Assembly (NCBI RefSeq): GCF_964355755.1
Contig: NC_092671.1
Location: 4,712,001-4,776,000 of the forward strand
Direction of reading: 5' to 3'
DNA length: 64,000 nucleotides
Source of the DNA: Antedon mediterranea
Lineage: Eukaryota; Animalia; Echinodermata
The notes under the pieces were generated by a model that worked only from the letters and a program-made list of their open reading frames with translations, was not told the DNA's origin and did not search any database. Of the stretch, positions 30,701 to 42,700 are shown one piece after another. Made by a program: the position numbers and the translations under genes. Numbering within the stretch: position 1 is the stretch's first letter; each line of letters opens with the position of its first letter.

Positions 30701-33700
30701 TAGAAGAAATTTGAATACGTGAAATATTGATGCGCGCTCTTTTAAATGTAATGAAATATAATGCAAAAGATGAAAATACGACTTTTTTTATTTAACTGGC
30801 CATATGATGACGTCACAACATTCAATTGGCACAATTTACACATGATTTTGTATCTACAATACAATAGCTTCCTGAAAACGTTTTAATTGTGATTATCACA
30901 TTTTATTCTTACGAGGCATAACAGATTAAAATTTACTGTAAAGATGAAATTAATGACCAACGTAATTTAAATTTTTAGGCATAATGACGTTAAAAAAATT
31001 AAAAAATTTTTAATTCATGCAAAAGATAGTTGATAGATCTAGAATATATTAAAATCGGAATGAAAATGGACAACGAATAAGTGGAGATGCGTTCTATTAA
31101 ATGTGATGAGCTATGACGAAAGAGACAAAAATCCTATATTTTATATTCGCGTGGCCATACGATGACGTCACAATGTCCGGTTAGCCATATTAATGCATGA
31201 TCAGATATCTACAACTCATCAACTTCCAGAATATGTAATTAAAAAAAAAGTTCTCCATGTAGTTTAGAATCTATGACTGTTTAAAAATAGGCATAATTTT
31301 GACGAATTTTGGAACTTTTTCACCAAATACGCGTGCAAATTATCTAATTCGACGTGCTCGTATGACGTAATTTTAAGTCGAAATTGTTTAAAATTTGGTA
31401 ACATTACTAGAAAAGGCTGAAAAAACATAAATCAAGCGAAAAAAATATGTTTTTAACGCTACGTGTGCACCGCGTGCGTAAAAATGTTCGCGCGCGTGGG
31501 AATTTTTGACATGCTCAAAATGACATGAAACGCATAGAAAGTTGATTAGAAGTTTATATTTCGCACGTTAAAATTTTAAACGCGCGTGCGCGCGTAACTT
31601 TTTGTGAAACATGCTATTTTTAATCCATAGAAAGTTTGCGCTTGATATGACTTAAATTTTCACAAAGTTTCAAAACAAAATTATGTTTGGTTTTTAGTCT
31701 ATGATCAATCATTGAAATTCATAAAATCGCACGTAAGTCACGTTGCGCAACTCTGACGTCATTCAAAAATAGGAGGTGCACAAGTTCACGTAAATGTCGA
31801 TATGTTGACAAAGTTACGATATGTTCTGTCTACACGTTTTAGAGAAACGCGACGCACAAAAATGACAGAAAGAAAGAAGTACTAGACATGTAACTCGTCA
31901 CTTTGACGAGTTAGTTATCCGCTCGACAAACGCCACGTGCACGTCATACGTTAGAATATTGCACACAGAAAAATATTAAGGCATTATGACCTGAACTGAA
32001 GAATATGATATGTTGTTATTTCTGAATTATGTTATTTTGTTGTCATATACATAGTATACACAGTACAATCTGTATACATATCACAAACAGTGTAAAATAG
32101 GTGAAATTGGGACCCGTATTTTATTGTAATTTTTAACATCTTGACGGTTTCAAAATGAAATGCAAAAGTAGAAATTTCAGAATAAAATTATCTCAGCAAC
32201 AACATATTAACGTGTAGAAGAAATTTGAATACGTGAAATATTGATGCGCGCTCTTTTAAATGTAATGAAATATAACGCAAAAGATGAAAATATGACTTTT
32301 TGTATTTAACTGGCCATATGATGACGTCACAACATTCGATTGGCACAATTTTCTTATGATTTTGTATCTACAATACAATAGCTTCCTGAAAACGTTTGAA
32401 TCGTGATTATCACATTTTATTCTTACGAGCTATACCAGATTAAAATTTACTGTAATGATGAAATTAATGACCAACGTAATTTAAATTTTTAGGCATGATG
32501 ACGTTAAAAAAATTAAAAAATTTTTAATTCATGCAAAACATAGTTGATAGACCTAGAATATATTAAAATCGGGGTGAAAATGAACAACGAATAAGTGGAG
32601 ATGCGCTCTATTAAATGTGATGAGCTATGAAGAAAGAGACAAAAATCCTATATTTTATATTCGCGTGGCCATACGATGACGTCACAATGTCCGGTTAGCC
32701 ATATTAATGCATGATTCGATATCTACCACTCATCAACTTCCAGAATATGTAATTTAAAAAAAGTTCTCCATGTAGTTTAGAATCTATGACTGTTTAAAAA
32801 TAGGCATAATTTTGACGAATTTTTGAACTTTTTCACCAGAAACGCGTGCAAATTATTTAATTCGACGTGCTCGTATGACGTAATTTTAAGTCGAAATTGT
32901 TTAAAAGTTGGTAACATTACTATAAAAGGCTGAAAAAACATAAATCACGCGAAAAAAATATGTTTTTAACGCTACGTGTGCACCGCGTGCGTAAAAAGTT
33001 TCGCGCGCGTGGGAATTTTTGACATGCTCAAAATGACATGAAACGCATAGAAAGTTGATTAGACGTTGATTTTTCGCACGTTAAAATTTTAAACGCGCGT
33101 GCGCGCGTAACTTTTTGTGAAACATGCTATTTTTAATCCATAGAAAGTTTGCGCTTGATATGACTTAAATTTTCACAAAGTTTCAAAACAAAATTATGTT
33201 TGGTTTTTAGTCTATGATCAATCATTGAAATTCATAAAATCGCACGTAAGTCACGTTGCGCAACTCTGACATCATTCAAAAATAGGAGGTGCACAAGTTC
33301 ACGTAAATGCCGATATGTTGACAAAGTTACGATATGTTCTGTTTACACGTTTTAGAGAAACGCGACGCACAAAAATGACAGAAAGAAAGAAGTATAATAC
33401 AGAAAAAAACTAGATTTGAACTCGTCACTTTGACGAGTTCGGGTTATCCGCGCATACGCAACATGCACATACTTTAAACTATATGAACCTTGACAATTAT
33501 TATGCCATCCTTTGACATGAAATAAATATGTTTACAGTGCTGAATTGTACCTATTATGTAGCATACACCATATTACAGTATTTTACAGAATAAACTGTAT
33601 ATATGTTATATACAGTGTAGCATAGACGAAATTACGAGACCCATCTTTTAAATCCAATTATTAACACGATGACATCATCAAATTGACATATAAAGATAAC

Positions 33701-36700
33701 CATTTTAGAAGATAATTATCTAAATAATTACATTAAAACAAATTTGAAGAATTTTGGGAACGTAAAAGTGAGATGCGCTCTCGTTTAAACGCAATGAACT
33801 TTGACGCAAGAGATGAAAATATGACTTTTTGAATTCAACTGGCCATATGATGACGTCACAACATCTGATTGGCAAAATATTCACATCAATTCGTATCTAC
33901 AATCCAATAGCTTCCAGAAAACGTTTTAATCATGATTATCACTTTTTAATCTGACGAGCTATAACAGATTGAAATTTACTGTAAAGATGAAAATAAGTGA
34001 CCCAAGTTATTTACGTTTTTAGACATGATGACGTCATAAAAATTAAAATATTTTTAATTCATGCGAAAGATAGTTGATTGACGTAGACAATATTATAATT
34101 TCGGGGGAAATGGAATACGTATAAGCGAGATGCGCTTTGTTGAATGTGATGAGCAATAGCGAAACAGTAAAAAATCCAATATTTTACATTCGTGTGGCCA
34201 TACGATGACGTCATAACATCCGAGTGGTAAAGATTCTGCATGAATTCATATCTACAACATATCTGCTTACATATTAAGTTAAAAAAATTGGGGGTAACGG
34301 TTGATCCTGAGGAGCTATAATAGATTAAAAATAGGCTTAATTTTGACATTATGTTGTCACTTTTGCAACTAAAACGCGCGCAAATGGTGTAAATCAACGT
34401 GTTCGTATGACGTCATTTTAATTTGAAATGATGTCAATCTTTTTTAAAATAACTAGGAAAGACTGTCAAATCATAATTCAAGAGAAAAACACATGATTTT
34501 CGTGCTCCGTGCGCACCTTACGCGTAATTTTTTTCGCGCGCGTGGGAATTTTTGACATGCTCAAAATGTCATGATCAGCGTAGAAAGTTGATTAGAAATT
34601 AATTTTGCGCATTTTTAAATTTTAAATGCGCGTGCGCGCGTAACTTTTTGTGAAACATGTCATTTTTAATCCATAGAAAGTTTGCCCTTAATTTAACTTA
34701 AATTTTCACAAAGTGTCAATATATAATGACTTTTGGTTTATAATCTATGATCAACCATTTAAATTCATAAAATCGCGCGTAACTCACGCTGCGCGACTCT
34801 AACGTCATATAACGAAGTTTCTTGCACATCTACAGCTACAGGTCAATCTTTTGACAAAGTTATACAAAGTTATGTTCACAAGCAATAGAGATATGCTGGT
34901 CACAAAAATCCGGGAAAGAAAGAAGAATAACTAGACATGAAACTCGTCACTTTGACGAGTTAGTTATCCGCTCGACAAACGCCACGTGCACGTCATACGT
35001 TAGAATATTGCACACAGAAAACTATTAAGGCATTATGACCTGAACTGAAGAATATGATATGTTGTTATTTCTGAATTCTGTTATTTTGTGTCATATACAT
35101 AGTATACACAGTACAATCTGTATACATATCACAAACAGTGTAAAATAGGTGAAATTATGGGACCCGTATTTTATTGTCATTTTTAACATCTTGACGGTTT
35201 CAAAATGAAATGCAAAAGTAGAAATTTCAGAATGAAATTATCTCAGCAACAACATATTAACGTGTAGAAGAAATTTGAATACGTGAAATATTGATGCGCG
35301 CTCTTTTAAATGTAATGAAATATAACGCAAAAGATGAAAATACGACTTTTTGTATTTAACTGGCCATATGATGACGTCACAACATTCGATTGGCACAATT
35401 TTCACATGATTTTGTATCTACAATACAATAGCTTCCTGAAAACGTTTTAATCGTGATTATCACATTTTATTCTTACGAGCTATAACAGATTAAAATTTAC
35501 TGTAAAGATGAAATTAATGACCAACGTAATTTAAATTTTTAGGCATGATGACGTTGAAAAAATTAAAATATTTTTAATTCATGCAAAAGATAGTTGATTG
35601 ACCTAGAACATATTAAAATCGGGGTGAAAATGGACAACGAATAAGTGGAGATGCGCTCTATTAAATGTGATGAGCTATGACGAAAGAGACAAAAATCCTA
35701 TATTTTATATTCGCGTGGCCATACGATGACGTCACAATGTCCGGTTAGCCATATTAATGCATGATTCGATATCTACAACTCATCAACTTCCAGAATATGT
35801 AATTAAAAAAAAGTTCTCCATGTAGTTTAGAATCTATGACTGTTTAAAAATAGGCATAATTTTGACGAATTTTTGAACTTTTTCACCAGAAACGCGTGCA
35901 AATTATTTAATTCGACGTGCTCGTATGACGTAATTTTAAGTCGAAATTGTTTAAAAGTTGGTAACATTACTATAAAAGGCTGAAAAAACATAAATCACGC
36001 GAAAAAAGCATGTTTTTAACGCTACGTGTGCACCGCGTGCGTAAAAAGTTTCGCGCGCGTGGGAATTTTTGACATGCTCAAAATGACATGAAACGCATAG
36101 AAAGTTGATTAGAAGTTGATTTTTCGCACTCCAAAATTTTAAACGCGCGTGCGCGCGTAACTTTTTGTGAAAGATGCTATTTTTAATCCATAGAAAGTTT
36201 GCGCTTGATGTGACTTAAATTTTCACAAAGTGTCAAAACAAAATTATGTTTGGTTTTTAGTCTATGATCAATCATTGAAATTCATAAAATCGCGCGTAAG
36301 TCACGTTGCGCAACTCTGACGTCATTCAAAAATAGGAGGTGCACAAGTTCACGTAAATTTCGATATGTTGACAAAGTTACGATATGTTCTGTTTACACGT
36401 TTTAGAGAAACGCGACGCACAAAAATGACAGAAGGAAAGAAGTACTAGACATGAAACTCGTCACTTTGACGAGTTAGTTATCCGCTCGACAAACGCCACG
36501 TGCACGTCATACGTTAGAATATTGCACACAGAAAAATATTAAGGCATTATGACCTGAACTGAAGAATATGATATGTTGTTATTTCTGAATTCTGTTATTT
36601 TGTGTCATATAGTATACACAGTACAATCTGTATACATATCACAAACAGTGTAAAATAGGTGAAATTACGGGACCCGTATTTTATTGTAATTTTTAACATC

Positions 36701-39700
36701 TTGACGGTTTCAAAATGAAATGTAAAAGTAGAAATTTCTGAATGAAATTATCTCAGCAACAACGTATTAATGTGTAGAAGAAATTTGAATACGTGAAATA
36801 TTGATGCGCGCTCTTTTAAATGTAATGAAATATAATGCAAAAGATGAAAATACGACTTTTTTTATTTAACTGGCCATATGATGACGTCACAACATTCAAT
36901 TGGCACAATTTACACATGATTTTGTATCTACAATACAATAGCTTCCTGAAAACGTTTTAATTGTGATTATCACATTTTATTCTTACGAGGCATAACAGAT
37001 TAAAATTTACTGTAAAGATGAAATTAATGACCAACGTAATTTAAATTTTTAGGCATAATGACGTTAAAAAAATTAAAACATTTTTAATTCATGCAAAAGA
37101 TAGTTGATAGATCTAGAATATATTAAAATCGGAATGAAAATGGACAACGAATAAGTGGAGATGCGCTCTATTAAATGTGATGAGCTATGACGAAAGAGAC
37201 AAAAATCCTATATTTTATATTCGCGTGGCCATACGATGACGTCACAATGTCCGGTTAGCCATATTAATGCATGATCCGATATCTACAACTCATCAACTTC
37301 CAGAATATGTAATTAAAAAAAAAGTTCTCCATGTAGTTTAGAATCTATGACTGTTTAAAAATAGGCATAATTTTGACGAATTTTGGAACTTTTTCACCAA
37401 ATACGCGTGCAAATTATCTAATTCGACGTGCTCGTATGACGTAATTTTAAGTCGAAATTGTTTAAAATTTGGTAACATTACTAGAAAAGGCTGAAAAAAC
37501 ATAAATCAAGCGAAAAAAATATGTTTTTAACGCTACGTGTGCACCGCGTGCGTAAAAATGTTCGCGCGCGTGGGAATTTTTGACATGCTCAAAATGACAT
37601 GAAACGCATAGAAAGTTGATTAGAAGTTTATATTTCGCACGTTAAAATTTTAAACGCGCGTGCGCGCGTAACTTTTTGTGAAACATGCTATTTTTAATCC
37701 ATAGAAAGTTTGCGCTTGATATGACTTAAATTTTCACAAAGTTTCAAAACAAAATTATGTTTGGTTTTTAGTCTATGATCAATCATTGAAATTCATAAAA
37801 TCGCACGTAAGTCACGTTGCGCAACTCTGACGTCATTCAAAAATAGGAGGTGCACAAGTTCACGTAAATGTCGATATGTTGACAAAGTTACGATATGTTC
37901 TGTCTACACGTTTTAGAGAAACGCGACGCACAAAAATGACAGAAAGAAAGAAGTATAATACAGAAAAAAAATTTGATGAAACAGGACGATTACAAGGAGT
38001 TATCCGCTACTAAGCGGATAACTAACTAGACCTGAAACTCGTCACTTTGACGAGTTAGTTATCCGCACGACAAACGCCACGTGCACGTCATACTCGTTGG
38101 AATTTTGCACACAGAAAAAGATAATGGCATTATGACCTGATCTGATCTGAAGAATATGATATGTTGTTAGTGCTGAATTCTGTCAATTTTGTATCATAGT
38201 ATCAGTATAAACAGTATAATCTGTATACATATTACATACAGTGTAGAATAGGTGAAATTACGGGACCCGTCATTTATACCATTTTTTAACATGGCGACGG
38301 TATCAAAATGAAACACTAAAATAACAATTTCGGAAGGATATTATCTCAGCAACAACATATTAACCTGTAGAAGAAATTTGGATACGTGAAATATAGATGC
38401 GCGCTCTTTTAAATGTGATGAACTATGACGCAAAATATAAAAATACAACTTTTTTTATTCAACTGGCCATATGATGACGTCACTACATCTGATTGGCAAA
38501 ATGTTTACATGAATTCGTATCTACAATCCAATAGCTTCCAGAAAACGTTTTAATCGTGATTATCACATTTTATTCTTACGAGCTATAACAGATTAAAATT
38601 TACTGTAAAGATGAAATTAATGACCCACGTAATTAAAATTTTTAGGCATGATGACGTCATCAAAATTAAAATATGTTTAACTCATGCGAAAGATAGTTGA
38701 TTGACCTAGACAATGTTAAAATCTCGGTGAAAATGGAAGATGGATAAGCGTGATGCGCTCCATTGAATGTGATGAGCAATAACTAAAGAGACAAAAATCC
38801 TATATTTTACATTTGTGTGGCCATATGATGACGTCACAACATCCGTGAAGAAAAAATTCTGCATGAATTCATATCTACAACATAACTGCTTTCATATTAA
38901 ATTAAAAAAATCAGGGGTAACGGTTGATCCTGAGGAGCTATAATAGATTCAAAATAGGCATAATTTTGACAATATTTTGTAACTTTTGCAACTACAACGC
39001 ACGCAAATGGTCTAAATCAACGTGTACGTATGACGTCATTTTAATTTGAAATGATGTTAATCTTTTTAAAAATGACTAGGAAAGGCTGGAAAATCACAAT
39101 TTAATAGAAAAAAACATGATTTTCATGCTGCGTGCGCACTGCACGTGTAAAATTGTTCGCGTGCGCGGGAAATTTTGACATGCGCAAAATGTCATGAATG
39201 GCGTAAAAAGTTGATTAGAAATTAATTTTGCGCATTTTAAAATTTTAAATGCACGGGCGCGCGTAACTTCTTGTAAAACATGCCATTTTTAATCAACAGA
39301 AAGATTGCCCTTGATATGACTTAAATTTTCAGAAATTGTAAAAAAAAAAATTATGCTTGGTTTTTAATCTAAGATCAATCATAAAAAATCATAAAATCGC
39401 GCGTAAGTCACATTGCGCAACTCTGACGTCATTCAAAATAGGAGGTGCACAACTTCACATAAATGCCCATGTTTTGACAAAGTTATGAAATGTTATGTTT
39501 ACCCATTTCAGAGAAACGCGTCTCACAAAAAGGAAGGAAAGAAAGAAGAATAATACAGAAAAATATTGATCCAATACAATCACAAGGAGTTATCCGCTAC
39601 TAAGCGGATAACTAACAAAGAAGATGATGAAGAAAAAGATATTTACAATCACAAGGGTTATCCGCAACTTAAAGTTGCGGATAACCAAAAAATTTGATGA

Positions 39701-42700
39701 AACAGGACGATTACAAGGAGTTATCCGCTACTAAGCGGATAACTAATAATACAGAAAAAAAATTTGATGAAACAGGACGATTACAAGGAGTTATCCGCTA
39801 CTAAGCGGATAACTAATAATACAGAAAAAAAATTTGATGAAACAGGACGATTACAAGGAGTTATCCGCTACTAAGCGGATAACTAAATAACAAAGAAGAT
39901 GAAAAAAGATATTTACAATCACAAGGGTTATCCGCAACTTTATAAGTTGCGGATAACCAAATAAAGATTTCATACAATAACAATAGGTGATCATTTTATT
40001 CTAAATGATCACCTAATAAGGTAAAAGGTATGTGAGTCATGTGAACATAGATAAATGAACTGTGTGGAGATCGTAATGCCTCAGAATTGGTTGGATGGTC
40101 ATTTTCCCCTTAACCTCTCTATATTAATTTTTAAGTAGGTGCTCATTTACCCGTTGAGACTGGTGTTTTTATCGGGAATTGAACCTGGGTCTTCTCCTAT
40201 ATGATAGTGAATTGTCCTAACCACTCTGAATGATATCACATTTTAAACAGACGAAAAAAATGATAGTAAATTGAACTTTGCCCTTAATTTTCTACACCAC
40301 CAAGGAAAAATTGCACTACACACTGGCTATTAAACAATCAGATAGCACGAAATGTATTATTTGAAATTAATCCTACCTCCATTTGCTGGAACATTGTATG
40401 TATAATTATTAAGTGTTGCTGTTGGAATTGCATCAGATGGCTTGTTGTTATGAACTTCTGGAAAAAAGAAGAAATTTGACAGTTAGAAATGTGTCAACCA
40501 TGATAGCTCTAGCACAATTAACAAGTCCCTAACCATGTGTAGATTGAGGGTTCAAACACCCACCCCCCACCCCCTTTTTTTGCTTGAAGCTTTTTTCTTC
40601 TAGAGACAAGCAGCGGAAGTATGGGTTAAACATGCCAAATCCCTGTAAAAATCCGGGGGTCTTTCAATCCATGACACTTCACAAGGGCTTTTAGCAAACA
40701 CAGATATTTCTTGCAACCACCTAACTTTAATTGTAGAGCTCTACGGAAGTTGTATGTCATGTTCCACCCATCCTCTGTCTACACTGTCAAACTCTATGTG
40801 ACAAAAAGTTTGATATGCTCATTATATATTAATATAAATATTTATATCTGTAACTCTGACAGAGTGTTCTAGATGGCATAAATAAATGCTGATTCAAAAT
40901 AAGCTATGAGTTGTTAATGAAGGCTTGTCTGACCATTCCAACATATGGACATAATGGTGTTATAGCACTAGCATATTTGGCCATATATTTGGGCATCACT
41001 TCCATATTTGGGCAAATCACAAACTATTTTGATAGTGTAGACAGAGGTAAGACCTTCTGTGCATTTAGGCCATATACTTTTTTTGAACAAAATGAAAATG
41101 CACATAAATATAAATATTTCAACCTACTGTTCGTAGTAGAAGTTTGATACACTTGTAATGTCAATGCAAACCCACGTCCACTGCTAGAGTAGTCACTAAC
41201 AAACGTAATAGTAACTTTGGAACCTTGTGTTCTTAACTGATCGTATACCACTTGATTTCCAGTAAATTGCAAATTCCCACCATTTTCGCTAGTAATATAC
41301 ATAACATCATACATGTTTTCCATGTCAATATCCAGTATATCAATCACAATTTGTTGACCAGAGGAAGCGGAGATTTCATATACAGATTGCATTAGATTTG
41401 GATAATTATTTGGATAGTTCGAGGAAGTCAAGCGTAACAATGAGCCGGTCTTAAGTGTTTCTGTTATTACATTTTGTTTACGATCTGGAACTGTAAAGAA
41501 AATAATAGATAACATATTAGTAATCATAACACACCTAAGAACATTCTTACCATTTGATTGCTTCGAATTCAAATAGTGGCATTCATAATTTCAGTCTATT
41601 CAATGGAAATGTTCTGCTAAATTATTCTATTCAACAGCCAGATTGTTGTACAAATGTTGAGGTTGTTGCAACGCAGGCCAATAAACCAATCTATAGTAAG
41701 CTATGGATTATCATTTAGCATCTGATTTTTGTATATAGTACTTAATAGTGTATTTCTATTCAATTACCAACCTCCTGGACTGTCCTCTATGTGCATTCGA
41801 AACCCAGATCCACTTGTAGATCCCATTGAGTAGAAAGTTACATAAATCACACTAGCACTGGTCACATAATTTTTAGGTAGATTTTTGCCATTAAGGCGCT
41901 GTAAAAAAAAAAACATATGAATATTGACAATAGTACAATTTGCATTTTAAACAAAAAGAGAAAAGGTTCAAGCTAACAGGCAAATAAAAAAAAACATGAC
42001 AAACACAAACCACACAAAATGCAGGTAAAAACTCTAGAGATTGTTGAACCAACACTCTTAACCACCCAAAATGGTAATGACGCAACAAAAACAACATTTG
42101 TTTACCAAATACTTATCTGGATAGCTGTCATCCTCAATCTGTAGATAGTCATCACTACTGATGTCAAAGGCATCAAAGACAAATTCAAGTCCACTGGTGT
42201 CATCTGATGAATGTAGCATATATGTGCAGTTAATCTGTTCAGGATAAACATCGGGCCAAAATAAAGATGAAATATTTGCTGGGCTACGGAAGTGTAGAAG
42301 CTCATCACAGTCAGTTTTGACTACAAAAGAAATAATTAGTTACATAACATTACATAACACAAACACACACATTGTTGCATTATTGCTGTTGCAGTGAGTA
42401 ACCTTAATGGATGGACCCTTCACAGTATTTTTGAAATAAATGGATACATTAACATACCTAGCCTAGGCTATGCCTAGAACTGTAGTAGTACTAACCTAGG
42501 GGAATCCCTAACCTAGTAGGTCTAGGCATAACTAGTTTAGTAGTAGTCCACGGTCTATCTAGCTCTCTGGCCTATCTTTGCTAGTTCTAGATAGAGTAGC
42601 CTACTAGCTAGGCCAAGCAAGGCCCTATCGTAATAGCCTCGTCCTGGTTGATACTATAGGCCTATACTACAGACAGGAGCAGCATTAATAACTATGATGG

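Larger units (their letters stand above)
33409..39688 (-). mobile_element. HINE family B copy 2 (body 33409-34929, 5' end 39616-39688), nested in C2
   Basis: Same termini as B1; interrupted at GAAGAATA|ACAAAGAAGATG. Confidence 0.8.
31881..39746 (-). mobile_element. HINE family C copy 2 (body 31881-33408, 5' end 39689-39746), nested in C1
   Basis: The copy is interrupted in the A-run of TAATACAGAAAAAAA and resumes as AAAATTTGATGAAACAGG after the B2 end. Confidence 0.8.
30368..39886 (-). mobile_element. HINE family C copy 1 (body 30368-31880; 5' end at 39747-39816 plus an extra 5' end at 39817-39886), nested in B1
   Basis: Left end ACTAGACATGAAACTCGTCACTTTGACGAGTTAGTTATCC; the 70-bp right-end unit ends in AGTTATCCGCTACTAAGCGGATAACTAA. 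Confidence 0.75.
29211..39960 (-). mobile_element. HINE family B copy 1 (body 29211-30367, 5' end 39887-39960), nested in A
   Basis: Left end ACTAGATTTGAACTCGTCACTTTGACGAGTTCGGGTTATCCGC; right hairpin GGTTATCCGCAACTT-TAT-AAGTTGCGGATAACC. Confidence 0.8.
27672..40016 (-). mobile_element. Nested cluster of 8 non-autonomous Helentron/HINE-type rolling-circle elements; outermost element = family A
   Basis: On the minus strand each copy has a 5' TT-hairpin (e.g. TTAGTTATCCGCTTAGTAGCGGATAACT), a (GAA/GAAA)-type microsatellite, a 1.15-1.55 kb body, a subterminal inverted copy of the 5' end, a 3' stem-loop (CTCGTCA-AAG-TGACGAG) and a CTAG-T terminus. There are no TSDs and no ORFs. Family A has its left end at 27672 (subTIR TAGGTGATCATTT at 27704) and its right hairpin TAGGTGATCATTT-TATTCT-AAATGATCACCTA at 39984-40015. 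Confidence 0.85.

Noticed and set aside
34059-34397. 112-aa ORF within element B2 as a possible transposase
   Set aside because: No Rep/helicase motifs, and it is not conserved as an ORF in sister copies.
27672-39550. Simple 1.5-kb tandem satellite or segmental duplication
   Set aside because: The units belong to different families, and their missing ends are found stacked in reverse order at the right, which indicates nesting rather than head-to-tail amplification.
39551-40016. Repeated palindromes with short spacers resembling a CRISPR array or terminators
   Set aside because: The DNA is eukaryotic, there are no cas genes and the spacers are not unique. Each hairpin is the 5' terminus of a nested Helentron-type element.
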